Part shown: positions 1-47,339 of the stretch, in pieces | Layout: each line of letters starts with the position of its first letter | How positions within the stretch are numbered: the first letter of the stretch is position 1 | Source: Chrysomallon squamiferum | Lineage: Eukaryota > Animalia > Mollusca | DNA: 64,000 nt | Reading direction: 5' to 3' | NCBI GenBank assembly: GCA_012295275.1 | Contig: CM022678.1 | Coordinates: 3,224,001 to 3,288,000, forward strand | The notes under the pieces: model-generated | The model's database searches: none | What the model was told of the DNA's origin: nothing | The model's input: the letters and a program-made list of their open reading frames with translations, nothing else | Position numbers and translations under genes: made by a program

Positions 1-154
1 AATTTAAATTGATAAATGATTTGTCTGGTTTTGATAAAAATTAATTTTCCACTTAAAAAAACAACAACAAATAAATAAATAAATAAAAAATAAAGTATAG
101 AATATCTAGTTTAACTCTTTATTCTCTTTCTTTTCCATTCTCTCTCTCTCTCTC

Positions 155-211
<57 letters not shown>

Positions 212-242
212 TCTGTCTCTCTCTCTTGGTATTCATATAACC

Positions 243-303
<61 letters not shown>

Positions 304-539
304 AATATAAAAAATATAATAATAATAAAATAAACACATTTTATGATGGTCAGTATTTCGGTTTTTATTTCGGAAAACCTTATGTTCGTTTCTCATTTGT
401 AATTATTATTATTATTTAATAATTACTAACCTTTTATAGTTTGATTTTGATGTGTTTTCAGTGTGATTTGAAACTAACCCAACTACCAAACGTATTATGT
501 TATTTTTCTTGATTAGGTCAATTGAACTTTTTAAAAGTA

Positions 540-577
<38 letters not shown>

Positions 578-801
578 CATGGATGTGTTTATGAAAACAT
601 TTATGAAGCAGAAGAAGACGAAGACATAGAGTGAAGAAAAAAGGCAAGAATTTTCATTATCTTAATTACTTACTGATTACATATTTATTTTATTTTATTT
701 TGACGTATTTGCTGGGTCTTAATGTGTGTAATGGTTTAGCTTAATTTATGCATATTCGAAAAAAAAAAAAAAAAAAAAAAAATGTAAATATTTCCACGCA
801 G

Positions 802-33787
<32,986 letters not shown>

Positions 33788-33996
33788 AGTCACGTGACCA
33801 CAGGAAAAAACGTAGTTTTCGTTTCAGAAAAAAAAGAAATCGTTGATGTAAAAGCTAAAGTAAACAAAACAAAACAAAATAAAATAAAATAAAAAATAAA
33901 ATGAAATAAAATAAAATCAATGAGCAAAATAATAATTTGTACGTAAAACAGTAAGGTATGTACAGTTTGTTGATGGCTAAATTATTTATGTTACTA

Positions 33997-34321
33997 GGCG
34001 CGGATCCATTAGTGATTCTGGTAGGGATGGGGGGCGGTCAGTCTATTTACTCCTTGATCAGAATGATTAAAATAAATGAATAAAATAAATAAAAAATAAA
34101 ATAAAATAAATAAATAAATAAATAAAAGTTTCACTTAATTTTAAAATGGCAATTAATAATATATTTTTCTGTTTATTATGAAAAACGTTCATTATTTAAA
34201 AAAAACAAAAAAATACAAAAAAAATAAATAAAATAAAATAAAGTAAACAGTCTTTTAAATAGATAACGTTAATGTGCCGACTTACAAATTCACGTCTGCA
34301 ATTAATTCTCGGATCCGCGCC
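33997..34321. mobile_element. MITE-like element with perfect 11-bp terminal inverted repeats GGCGCGGATCC / GGATCCGCGCC
   Basis: TIRs at 33997-34007 and 34311-34321 around an AT-rich interior; a degenerate right end also occurs near 35660. Confidence 0.55.
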
Positions 34322-35341
34322 AAGGGTCACGTGATATCTGGCTAAAGCGTTAAATGCAGATTTATATATGCTACCACAAAAAAATATAGATAAAGTGGCA
34401 AACGAAACCCAATTTCTCAGTTTGTACTTGAGTGTAATAGTTGCAGAATATTTCTGGTTGTCACGTTATAACTAGATTTTGTTTTCTGGTTAAAAATATT
34501 TTGTGATTTCTACTGATGTGTTACATATTTCAGTAAAACGATGAGTTTGAAAGTTACAGATTTTCTGCTGTCCTCGTTTGCTCAGTGTGTTAAAGATTTC
34601 ATTTAATGTTTTTTGTCATTCTAAATGTGGAATGATCGATCTATTTAAATTAAAATGTGATTTTTTTATTTATTTTTTATTTATTTTTTTTTTAATTTTT
34701 CTTTTTTTTTTTTTTTACAGCTTGGGGTTAAACTGAAGTTTAAAAGTATTTATTTATTTTATTTTATTTTATTTTATTTTATTTTATTTTGTTTTGTTTT
34801 GTTTCTGATGTTATTGTTGTTGTCGTAATGATTATGATTACGATTATTTTTATTATTATTATTATTATATGTGAGTTACTTTTCTGATCATCAATATAAT
34901 TACACACATTTTTTTTTTTTTTTTTTTACCTGAAACTTAAGTTTCATTTGTGTCAGGTTTTACATCTTTTGATTGGTCGCTATTTTAATATAATCTATTA
35001 TTATATCTGCAGTTACTGATGTTTTTCAGATCATGTAGTTTTGTTAATGTCTGGTTTCAACTCAATTTACACTTCAACTGAATATCCTACATTTATTTTA
35101 AAACCAAGTATTGGAGAATTTTAACACTTTTCACTTTCGAATTTTTGGTGAAAAGTAATGGAAATTTCTTTGCAATTCCGATCTTGGTTATTTGAAATTT
35201 TTTTAATTTTTGGATTATAGAAAAAATTTGAAGAATTTTGCGCGGTATGTTTTGTAATTTTCTATTTTGGGTTTTCATGTTGACTTTCCAACATATAAAA
35301 AATTATTTTGTTAATTTAATTTTTATAATTTTGTTTTTTAC

Positions 35342-35402
<61 letters not shown>

Positions 35403-35867
35403 TTAGTCTTGAAAAATTGTAAAATTGTGGAAGGATTTATGATGTATTTTTGTTTTTATGTATTTCATTCTTTCTTTCTTCTTTCTTTCCTCTTCAATAT
35501 TTGTATTTATTTATTCACTTTTCAGATATATGTATATTTCTTTTTTCTTCCTTTTTTTCTGCATTTATTTTATTAATTTATCGAAAATTGCGTTAGAAAA
35601 GAATAGTTAAATTTCAAATATTTATTTATTTCATTTTTAACGATAAAAAAGTTAGTCATCTGGATTTGCGCCTACTTCAGGTTCAAGCAGGTTTGCCGTG
35701 GGCCTATACTACGTATCTATAACGACTGTCAATGTTAATGTGTTAGAAGGTTAGTTTAGAAAGGAAAGCGTGTAACGTTCTTATACCTCAGCAGTTACCT
35801 CCCCTTAGATCCCTTAGCGGGAATCAATCCTGGCAGCTACTAGCGTTTTATCCGTCCGTAACGATAC

Positions 35868-35953
<86 letters not shown>

Positions 35954-37276
35954 GACACACACACACACACACACACAAACACGCACACACACACATACAC
36001 ATACATACACACAAACACACGCACACACACACACATATATATATACAGAAACCACACACACACACACTCACACACACACACACATACACACACTCACACA
36101 CACATGCACACACACACACACACGCACACACACACACACATATATATGTATATATATAGACACAACACACACACACACACACACGCACACACACACACAC
36201 ATATATATATGTATATATATAGACACACACATATACACATATATATACATACACACACACATATATATACACATACATACACACACATACACACCATACA
36301 TATAAAGGGACTGTTTATTCATTATAAGATATTATATAATCTATATATTTCCATATTTACTTCACTTTTCCATTACGAAAGTTAAATAGCCTTTGAATTA
36401 TAGTTACCTAAAAAAAAAAAAAAAAAAAAAAAAAATAGCTCAACCAATGAACAAGTTTCTTACATTTAACGATAGGTAATCAACAGAATTATTCGATACC
36501 GTTTCTGTTTCAGGGAATATATTAATAACAATTCGATCTTATTTTAATATATTTTTACGAATATATTTCTGAAATAAAAAACTTATAGAAAGCAGTTTTC
36601 TACAGGCAGGTAGAATATTTGTGTTTAATTAACGATTAATTTTTATTCTCTGAATATATAAGAACGTTTCTGTTTTATTGTGTGATATTGTGTGTTTTCG
36701 CCATTCACCTTATACCGTCCGTGTTCTTTGTTATTTAAGTAAAGTAGAATACAGTAGTAATATATACATTTATATAACACAGTCTTATATTTTATATTCA
36801 TTTTAGAATACAAAGAAAGATAAGCAGTTTATATTTGATTTTGCTCTAATTTAAAAAAAAAAAAAATTATAGAAACTCAGGTAGACTAAAGAAATGATAT
36901 TTATTTCTTTAATTTAATATAATTTTATTTATTTATTTATTTAGTTAGTTAAAAATTTATATATTTTAGCGGAGTTTCTTTTTAAAGTTTCATTCTTTCC
37001 TCTTTCTTTCGCCCTTTCGTTTTTTGACTTTTCTTCTTTTTTTTTCATTTCTTTTATTCATGTCTGCTCAGAATACTTGTTTATTTGTATACATTGGTGG
37101 TTATTTCAAACGATTAATTTTCATTCCTTTTAATATGTGCTGTGAAAAAAAAAAAAAAAAACAGACGATATTCCAAAATATTTGTAAACGTCCACGATAC
37201 AGTCTATGAAAGAAGAGACAGCTATTATAATGAATAGGGACAGTTATTTATGTCGCATAAACGGCAGCTGATCAAA

Positions 37277-37318
<42 letters not shown>

Positions 37319-37569
37319 ATTCTAAATATTAATTACATAGACTAATGCGTGATGGTCGGCGCCATATGCAGACCCCCCCCCCCCCAACTCACCCCCCAGT
37401 AAGCGTCTCATTGTTAAAAGAAATTTCCACCAAGATTTTTCTTAGTATTTGATGTGTATATTACTTATGTGTGATTACTTATGTAAGTAATTTTTTTTTG
37501 TTTTTTTTTGTTATGTTATGAAGTGCTTTGATATTTTGAATCAAAACAATTGAAATTATAATAATAATA

Positions 37570-37613
<44 letters not shown>

Positions 37614-38190
37614 AATAAATAAAAATAAATAAAAACAAACAATAAAAACAAAAACATATATAAATAAAAATAAATAATAGTAAATAAGTAAACAAGATAA
37701 TGTTTTTTATTTTTATTTTTTATTTTTATTTTTTTATATATTTTTTTTTTTTTTTTTTTAAATCTTTGATTCAAAATATTAAAGTACATCATATTTACCG
37801 ATATAAAAATGTTTTGTTCTGCTGTTTTAAGACTTTTGATGATATTTTAAGTTTTATTTTTTAAATATTACGTTTTTCCCAAATCAGATGCGTTGTTGTA
37901 ACTTTTTTAGATTTAATAAATATTTTCCCTCAGAATACGTGTTTTGTTTTCAGTATTAAATTTTGAATATTTATGTATGTATGTATGCGTATATCTATAT
38001 ATGTGCGTGTGTATGTATATATGTATGTATGTATGCGTTTCTTTCTGTGTGTGAGTGTATAAAAGTAATATGTTAAAGTACATATATTTTCGTGATTCAT
38101 TCTGAAATAAAGTAAACGAAAATAAATGAATATTTGATAATCACTTTTTCAATAAGAAAACAAAACCCAATACGTTTTAATTATTATTAT

Positions 38191-38244
<54 letters not shown>

Positions 38245-38267
38245 CACTAATACTACTACTACTACTA

Positions 38268-38300
<33 letters not shown>

Positions 38301-38753
38301 TCATCATTATTTATTTATTTATTTACTTCTGTTAGCTGTAGAAATAACACATTTTAGTCCATTCCTAATCTCAGTTTCTAAAACTAATGTAAACTGAAGA
38401 ACAAGATCGGGGCCGGTTAAATCAACAGAACAACCGCAAACTGAATAACTCAACTACCATTTAATTGCCGAAATGCACAACAGTCGTAATTTACGTTGAA
38501 ATAAAACTAATTAATTGTTTCTTTTATCTACTGCACCCTCCTTAGTAACATGTGTTGTGGATGATAGTGAAACATTTAGATTTTTATTTAACCGTAACAG
38601 CAACGTAATCAATACAAAACTCACTCTCGTTATCACTCGCGCATGCTCTCTCGATCTCTCTCTCACCCTTCCTCCCTTTATCTGTTTCTCCCTTCCTAAT
38701 TCTATCTTTCTTTCTTTCTTACTTTCTGTGTTTCCTTTTCTCAGTCTCCCCAT

Positions 38754-38862
<109 letters not shown>

Positions 38863-39131
38863 TGTTATAAAAGTATAGTGGGTGTTAATATCTATCCAGT
38901 GTGTTGATATATGTATATATATATATATATATAAAATCCGTTGAGGTGATGCAATGGTAACATGTGCTATAGGACAGTCAATGTAGACAGTTTGGCTTTG
39001 ACACGAAATTGTTCAATCAAACACATCTGTTCGTATATTCATCTGTCTGTCTGTCAGTCATATTAACAATCAATAAACAGTTGTATTTTTTTATATTTAG
39101 TTTTTTTTTCAGAGTTTACTCCTACTGCTAC

Positions 39132-39169
<38 letters not shown>

Positions 39170-39224
39170 TTACTTATTTTTTTATTTAATCATCATCAAA
39201 CGATAATGGCAAAACTGAAGAGAA

Positions 39225-39285
<61 letters not shown>

Positions 39286-39476
39286 GATAAAAATAATAAT
39301 AATGTTAATAATTATAATAATAGTAATAATAAATAAAATAGTAATAATAATGATAATAATAATGATAATAATAATAGTAATGATAATAATAATAATAATA
39401 GTAATAATAAATAATAATAATAATGATAATACTAATAATGATAATAATAATAATAGTAATAATAAATAAAAATAAA

Positions 39477-39523
<47 letters not shown>

Positions 39524-39574
39524 CAATAAAGAAGAAGAACGTGAAAATCAAGGAAGAAGAAAATATCGAATATT

Positions 39575-40822
39575 TTAAAGTTCGTTTTTACTTTCATCCG
39601 GATGTGACGTCACACCAGTTAACGACATGGCTATTCGTACACTGTGGATTGTGTCTAAAAGTTTCCTGCTTTCTACGGAACCTTTCTGCACCGACTTGAG
39701 AACGAGGTTTTCTAACTCCTCCCACAGGAATTCGTCAATTTCCGTAAACTTAGATTTGAAACGTAATAAGTAATCCTGGACATTGAACAAATACAGCTCG
39801 TCCCAAGTCAGAACGGAATCTTTGTTAAGGTCGAGGACGTTGAACAGGTCAGCAGACTGACCCCAGCCTTTCCGAAGGTCGTCTGGAGTGATGTGCGGGA
39901 GAGCGAGGAACGAATCCAACATGGCGTGCCTCACGATTTCGTCGTCCTGCGCCATTTTGATTTTATCCAGAGGAATAAATTGTTTTAGTTTTCCTTCGTT
40001 TTGAGAGTCGGAGCTGTTGAACCAGAGCATGTGGTTGAACCACATATTGACTGCGAAGTTGCGAGTTCCAAACGAGTTGACTTGGTGATACCAGCGATAC
40101 GGGATGAACAGACAGTCGCCTTTGGACATGGCGGCTTTAAACCACGGCAGATACGAAATCCGAGGCGTCTTGAACAAATCGACGCTGTCGACGTCGAGCC
40201 TGCTGTATCCCTCGTCGGCCACGAAGTCGTCCGCTTCAATGCTGGACCGGTGCACTTTTTCAAACATCACCAACTCTTTTCTGCCGTCCAGAAGACAGTT
40301 GATGTTGTCGTAGGTGTCGAGGTGAAGCACGGATTTTGTGCCGCCGCTGCTAAACCACAGCACCGACGTTGTGATCTGTTTCTGGAAACCTCCGCTCTGG
40401 AGACATCTAGGGACACCGATTTCGCTTTTCATTACGTTCAAAACGTCTTGCACCATGTAAATGTTTTCTTTCCTGTAAGTTTCAAGGAACTCGGACATTT
40501 TTCTCTCTTTGAGATACCCTATCCTGGTTTCCTTCTTTCCAGATTCGATCGCTATGTCTTCCGATCCGTATTTCTCGCTCAAGTAATCGTCCGTCCATTT
40601 CTGGTAAGCGGGAAAACCTCCGCTGTTCAACACACCCTTGAACAGCACCGGGCGACCCGTTTTCACGTAGTCGTGGTAGAACTCGGTGGGATTTGGGAAA
40701 TCGTCGAGGACGTCTATGTTCCACGGTTTGGTGTGAGATCCGAGAGGTTTCTTGTGCCCGTGTGGATGTTCCAAGCAGTCTGTCGTTAGAAACAACGACA
40801 GAATGAGCAAGAACGAATGCAT
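39575..40822 (-). CDS. Intronless JmjC/cupin-like 2OG-Fe(II) oxygenase with signal peptide, EF-hand and KDEL-like tail (KNEL), copy A, 415 aa
   Basis: Hydrophobic N-terminus; F..DYV..GRPVLFKG; KWTDDYL; LWFSSGGTKSVLHLD (HxD); DGRKEL; GDCLFIP..WYHQV (distal His); EF-hand loop DLNKDSVLTWDE; C-terminus KNEL. Confidence 0.9.
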   Translation of the reverse strand: MHSFLLILSLFLTTDCLEHPHGHKKPLGSHTKPWNIDVLDDFPNPTEFYHDYVKTGRPVLFKGVLNSGGFPAYQKWTDDYLSEKYGSEDIAIESGKKETRIGYLKERKMSEFLETYRKENIYMVQDVLNVMKSEIGVPRCLQSGGFQKQITTSVLWFSSGGTKSVLHLDTYDNINCLLDGRKELVMFEKVHRSSIEADDFVADEGYSRLDVDSVDLFKTPRISYLPWFKAAMSKGDCLFIPYRWYHQVNSFGTRNFAVNMWFNHMLWFNSSDSQNEGKLKQFIPLDKIKMAQDDEIVRHAMLDSFLALPHITPDDLRKGWGQSADLFNVLDLNKDSVLTWDELYLFNVQDYLLRFKSKFTEIDEFLWEELENLVLKSVQKGSVESRKLLDTIHSVRIAMSLTGVTSHPDESKNEL

Positions 40823-41072
40823 GTTAGAAAAAGCAGAGAATCAGTAACGAACTGAATGTAAATCGTCATCACTGTCTGATTAGGTGTATCAGGTGGATGC
40901 AAGGTGTGAGTGTGTATAATGGATTCAGCGACGGCGCTGTTCAGAACCTGTGAAAACCAATATACAACACGTAATTTATGCTGCAGGTGACATGCTGGCG
41001 CGTGAAACATGGTTTCGAATGTTGGGACAGAGATGCAGTTCACTTTTAAATGTTAGTTATCGTTTTATCTTT

Positions 41073-41219
<147 letters not shown>

Positions 41220-41435
41220 CTCTCAATTACTGACTCAATTACTGACCATACTAAAATATTTAAATGTTATCAACTCACCATTCTGGTGATCGCGGATAAT
41301 TTCACTGTATTTTAAAACGCGGAATACGATTTCAAATAAGTCTAAAAAACAATAACAAAACACATCTTTTAAATTCATTTTTATTACAAAATAATCTCAG
41401 TTCACGATTTAATTGTAACATTCTGATTAAGTTTC

Positions 41436-41770
41436 AGTATTACAGTCATTTCTCTAACATATGGCAATGGACATTATTTCACATCAGTTCATAATCCTAT
41501 GAATATGCATTAATCCTTGAATTCTTTCAAAATGCCAATATATGTCAGTATTACCCATAAATGCCCATATATGGCAGTATTACCCATAAATACCCATATA
41601 GAGCAGTATTCCCCTTAAATGCCCATATATGGCAATATTACCCTTAAATGCCCATATATGGCAGTATTACAGTCATTTCTCTAACACGTGACAATGGACA
41701 TTATTTCACATCAGTGCATAATCCTGTGGATATGCATAAATCCTTGAATCCTTTGAAAAATGCCCATGTA
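41436..41770. repeat. Composite tandem repeat: about 100-bp direct repeats bracketing four units of about 29 bp (cagtattacccataaatgcccatatatgg)
   Basis: cagtattacagtcatttctctaaca...aatccttgaat occurs near 41436 and again near 41662. Confidence 0.8.
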
Positions 41771-42334
41771 TGTTAATCCTGTAAAACTGAATAAATCCTT
41801 TAATCGTGTGAAAATTATTAAATTTTTTATCCTGCTGAAATGTCTAAATAAATAAATTCTGGGAAACGTCTACATCTTTTAATATAAGTGCATTATACCT
41901 ATTTTTTTTTTATTCTAAAAAATATATATCTAAATCTTTTAAGACTTTTGATAAGCTAACAAAAATATATATATATATTCTGTGAAAATGCCTATATCTT
42001 TTGGTCCAGTGAAATTCATTCCTTTAACCAAATATCAATCCTCAATCCTAGTTTAAAAAGGAAATTATTTCACCATTTGAATTATTTCAAACCACTGAGT
42101 CTATGTGAATATGGCAAAATAGTACTTTGCCAGGAAAAAAAAATAAAAATAAAAAATAATAATAATAATAAAAATCATAAAAATAAATAAAAATTTACTA
42201 TCACATATTTAATAACAGCAGTCACCATTACAATGAACAAAGAATAAAAATGTACCTTTGACAGTATGACGAAATTATTTATTTATATTTTCAAGATTTA
42301 TTAAATAAATAAATAAATATATAATAAAATAATA

Positions 42335-42391
<57 letters not shown>

Positions 42392-43305
42392 TTCTGTTCA
42401 GCTTTAATTTTAAAATAAAAATAAAAAAAATTAATAAAAAAGTTGTTTTAAAATGAATGGATAGCCATGGTTTTCTGGTCATGACGTCATCACGTTTAGG
42501 GTGACCTCATTTGTTCCACATTCTTTTAAAGATGTCATGAAACAAATTCCGTTGTCACTGTACCACCCTCTACTTGATGATGTCATAACTCCAGTTGTCA
42601 TGGCACAAAATGACGTCATTCGGCTGTTTTGGTAAAAGTACTGTTTTACTGTCATACTTTGTTATGAACGATTATAGTTCGCTCAAAACAGTAAAATAAT
42701 AACTCAAATACAATGAGTTTGATTAAACTATTAAGTACAGAGCCACAAAGTATATTAACATTATGTTAATTTACAATAGAAAATGTAATGCTATTATAAC
42801 TGTAATACTGACATAGAGAAAAATTCAGATATTGAATTTGCAAGAGCCAGGAAACATACCTTCCAGCTTTTCACATCTTATTTTACTTCATAAAATCTAA
42901 ACATGCTGCTTTGCAGGAAACAAGTTTTACAATGATTTTACTTTGTACAATTAAAAAAAAAAAAGAGCATTATTACAATTGTAATAACAGGAATAAATAC
43001 AATAAAGTATATTAATAATAAATAATGCATACAAAATTCCCACAAACCCGTCACATGTACATGCATAAAAACACACACAGAAAAAATGCAGATTATGAAT
43101 GAAAATTTATTTTAAAAAAAATATTTAAAACTGTGTATATATTTTTTTTTTTTTTTTTTTTTTTAATAAATTATATAAAATAAAAGGTAATATGGCAAAA
43201 TATTTAATGCCCAAGAAAATGATTATTTAAATGTGATTTATAATTCAGTTAGCTTGAAAAAGATCAATGGTTCAAATATTCTTTTTCATTTTACATTCTT
43301 CCTTA

Positions 43306-43649
43306 TTAAACCTTGTTCTTTCTGTCACTCTTCATCAAGAGGTTTTGTGATTTACTCCTCACAGCCTCCAGCGACTCCACCCACTCTTTTACCTGAGCTG
43401 TCTGAAATTTACCTGTAATAGGAAAAATTGTTTACTTTGCATTAATGAATGCATAATTAATGACAAACTGAAAACAAAATTAACAAATTTGTGATAGTCA
43501 TTTACTATAAAAGTGGATCTCCATTTTAAATATAACTGACTAGAAAAATTCAAGTAAAATATTTACTGTTATTAGTATTTTCTCTCATACTGCAGTTTTT
43601 AGATGAAAAAAAAATGAAAAAAGTAAAGAAGAATTAAATAATAATGATG

Positions 43650-43718
<69 letters not shown>

Positions 43719-44314
43719 TGTAATTAAGAAAGACATAAACAAGGCTTAAAAGTAATAAACCGTTAGGACTTAAAATCTGATTTCTAATTACAATATTATT
43801 AAAAAAAATTTAAAAATATAAATTTAAAAAATAAATAAATAAATAAATAAAACATATAATTTTGTGAAATGTTTCTTAAATTGTAGAAATTACTAATCAT
43901 CTGAAAATGGCAAAATATTTTAACAAAACTTTAATTACATTTTGACCTTATTTAACAAATTACTAAACATGTCTTGTCAATGACTATGTTTTTTGACATA
44001 TAAAATATTTTCTCTGATTATTCAGGACTACCTTTTGTTGATGTAAAGAATTCGTCTAAGTGATTGGGTTTATCTTCGAGCTGTTCGTATTCATACGCCT
44101 GCAAAATCATCTCAAATTTGTCCAAATCTTTCACGTACACAGCCTCTGCACTTGTCTCTTCTTCATACTCCTGAATAAATAAATAAATATATAAATATAT
44201 AATATAAATAATTTAAATAAATAAATAATTAAATAAATAAATAGTATAAATAAATATATAAATAAATAATATAAATAATTTAAATAAATAAATAAATAAT
44301 ATAAGTAAATAAAT

Positions 44315-44345
<31 letters not shown>

Positions 44346-44485
44346 TAATGTAAATAAATAATATAAATAAATAAATATATAAATAAATAATATAAATAAT
44401 TAAAATAAATAAATAAAAAATATAAATAAATAATGTAAATAAATAAATAATATAAATAAATAGTATAAGTAAATAAATATATAAG

Positions 44486-44524
<39 letters not shown>

Positions 44525-44792
44525 ATCTACTACTATCACCACTAATGTCATTACTATTACTTGAATTACTATGACTAATAACTGTACTATTATTCCTATT
44601 TTTGCTGTTACCACCACTATTATTACTACTATTATTACCACTATTATTACTACTATCTTTACTACTACTACTAAATAATAATAATAATAATAATAACAAT
44701 AATGAAAATGTTGATGATAATAAAAATGATAATAATACTAACAATAATAACAATTGAAAATACAACGAAACAATTGATATCTTATCTCACTG

Positions 44793-44823
<31 letters not shown>

Positions 44824-47170
44824 ATATATATATATATATATATAAAATTTTAATTTTAATTCTCTGACCTTCCACAGACTCTTGATTTCTGTTCCAGCTG
44901 AAGATTCAATAAGACTGCTTATATGACCCATTGCTGACTGGAAAAAACAAAAAAATAAATAAATTCACATACATACACAGACATATCCAAAAAGTAAAAA
45001 TATATACACCAACATATCACACACGCACACACACTGATTTATCTGAACAGTGAACATTTTGTCCAGTTTCATTAATAATAATCTATCTTTAGCATCTGTT
45101 GTATAATTTTTAAATCATACTGTAAACATCAGGGGTAATATTTTGGTCAATCTCTTTTCTGTTTTGTAGTTAAGTCAATTTGATGTGTGACTTGTATTCT
45201 GCTGTCTACCAGGCTGGATGGGAAAGTTAACTGTGAACAGTTTGGCAGGCCAGATGATAAATCTTTGTGGGCCATATCTGGAGGTTGTCTGCCCCTGGTT
45301 TAACAGAATGTTTGACCAGTGGAAATCAGGGAGCATCAATAATTTATCTTTCTTGTACGAACCTCTTCTTTCTTGTGTTTGTCTTCCTTGCTGATGCCAT
45401 GAAATGGGGCAATGTCTCCCACCATACTCTCAGCCATGTCATGTACCAGAGCAAGCTTAATACATCTGTAAAAATCAATCAATAAGTCAATAAATCACAC
45501 ATGTCCTCTCTGCCATGTCATATATCACAGAAAGCTTAATACATCTGTAAAAATCAATCAATAAATCAATAAATCACACACATCCTCTCTGCCATGTCAT
45601 GTAACAAAGCTTAATACATCTGCAAAAATCAATCAATAAATCAATAAATTACACACAATTAACTAACTGCTATATCAATCAATCAAATACTTGACAGTGA
45701 ATTACATTAATTTTGTTGCATGTTAGAATGAATATTATATATTCATTCCTTTATTTCATTTTTTCATTTTATTTTGTCAGAAAATCATGAACCAATCAAT
45801 CACACTCAATCAATCAATCAATCAATCAAATAGTCAATAAATCAGTCGGTGATTTCAAGTAATAATTACACTAGGTTTTTATCTGTCCTGAATGACAAAT
45901 CCGTAATGAAATGTTTTACTTAATCAAAGTCATATGACATCACAACTGGTGGAATCATTATTGCATTTGAATTTGATAGCACCTGAAAATAAGTTAGAGA
46001 AATAATAATAATAAAAAAAAATTAAAAAAATTAAGGAATGTATATTTAAGCACAACTCATTTTAATACCAACAGCTTTTAAGGATTGTTTTTATAAATAC
46101 AAGTCTTTTGTTATTTAGCTGCAATTTATGGTATTTTAACCTTTCCACGAAGAAAGATTCAAAGAGAGAGAAAAAAAAGCACAAAAATTTGCTTTCATAA
46201 ACAAAAACTCACAGCCATGGTTGGAATGGAATAACACAAACCTGTCTTTGTCCAGTCCACTGGCAGGGTCAACTAAAAAGCCAAAATGGCCATTCTGTAC
46301 ATGTGATCTGCGACACTTTCCGGACTCGAAATATTTTTACTAACCCAGCCAGTTCTCTGCACTCTCTGTAAAATATAAATTTATTCAAACAAATTTTTTT
46401 GAAATTTACAAATACAAAATAAAAATTAAAATTCTCAACATTTTTAATAACAGTATCAATTACATTAATGAATGACTAATTAACAATTTGCTCTTTTTAC
46501 CCTATCTTTGACAAATATTAGATTCTTTTAAAATAAAATAATTCATTCTCATTGTTTATTAGGCCCTTTTAAAATAAAATAATTAATTCTCAGTGTTTAT
46601 TAGGCCCTTTTAAAATAAAATAATTGATTATGTATACTTATTTTTTCTTTATTATTTCACCCTGTTAATAATATAATTTAATTAAATACAAGCTCACATC
46701 ATTATTTATTATTTACCAGTTAGCCCTGGACATAGCACTATGGTGGATATCTTTAGCTGAATTTACATATAATTTACAAGTATCTTAAATGAGGAATAAT
46801 AAACCTAGTTACTATGTAGTAATTTATTTGTTCGGTGCAATGAACCCTCATTGTTTTACTCAAGGGAGATAATGCTTCCATTGAGAACTTATTAAATGGA
46901 GCTCATGCTACTGTAATGTCAATTTCAGCTGTCGTTTGCTTAAAAACAACATTAGTTAATCATTTAATCATTACATGATTAATTAATGTTGGCTTTTCGA
47001 AAACCACAATTGAAATTAATGACTATAACTGAAATTTTGTCTATAAATGATAATATCATTACGAGTAATTTTATTTAATTTTAAATAATTTCATCATTCA
47101 TGTGCAGTTTTACCTTCAGCTGACCAATCAGTGTCATAAATTCTATCATTTTAGTAAACGATTCACTCAT
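43306..47170 (-). CDS. HDDC2: HD domain-containing protein 2 (5'-deoxynucleotidase), 6 exons: 47170-47114, 46365-46242, 45465-45363, 44937-44869, 44170-44032, 43412-43306
   Basis: Hand-spliced translation: [45 protein letters not shown]../[20 protein letters not shown]../[35 protein letters not shown]../GKF..NKV*. The RTGW, ESVADH, HD and KDLDK motifs are those of HDDC2. Exon 2 lacks one T (A5 run near 46275-46279). Absent from the ORF track. Confidence 0.93.
45228..45297 (-). mobile_element. hAT-type terminal fragment in HDDC2 intron 3
   Basis: Minus strand reads CAGGGGCAGACAACC...GGCCC...GGCCTGCCAAACTG, similar to the left end at 52979. Confidence 0.4.
45434..45657. repeat. Three tandem units of about 75-79 bp spanning the HDDC2 intron 2/exon 3 junction
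   Basis: ccatgtcat..aagcttaatacatctgyaaaaatcaatcaataartcaataaat.acaca occurs three times. Confidence 0.9.
46525..46628. repeat. 41-bp tandem repeat, about 2.5 copies
   Basis: cttttaaaataaaataattmattctcaktgtttattaggcc repeated. Confidence 0.8.
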
Positions 47171-47339
47171 GTTTTAATTCGTTCAGTGATCACACTTAAG
47201 ATTTTTCAAAATAAAATCCTGTGTCGTTCCTCTTTCAAAGTTTCATGGAGATAAAAACTGTAAATGTTTATCCAATGCCACATCAACACAGTTTAAATAA
47301 CGCGTGTTTTGATTGGTCGTATTATTGATCTTGACAAAC
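47171..47339. promoter_or_regulatory. Compact bidirectional promoter shared by HDDC2 and MRPS28
   Basis: Divergent ATGs only 170 bp apart; CCAAT near 47272 and ATTGG near 47312; YY1-like AACATGGCCGCC overlapping the MRPS28 start. Confidence 0.75.

Noticed and set aside
748-801. ATG at 748 as the start of the coiled-coil gene
   Set aside because: It lies before a poly-A run in intron-like sequence; an acceptor at 801 explains the exon, so the gene starts upstream of the window.
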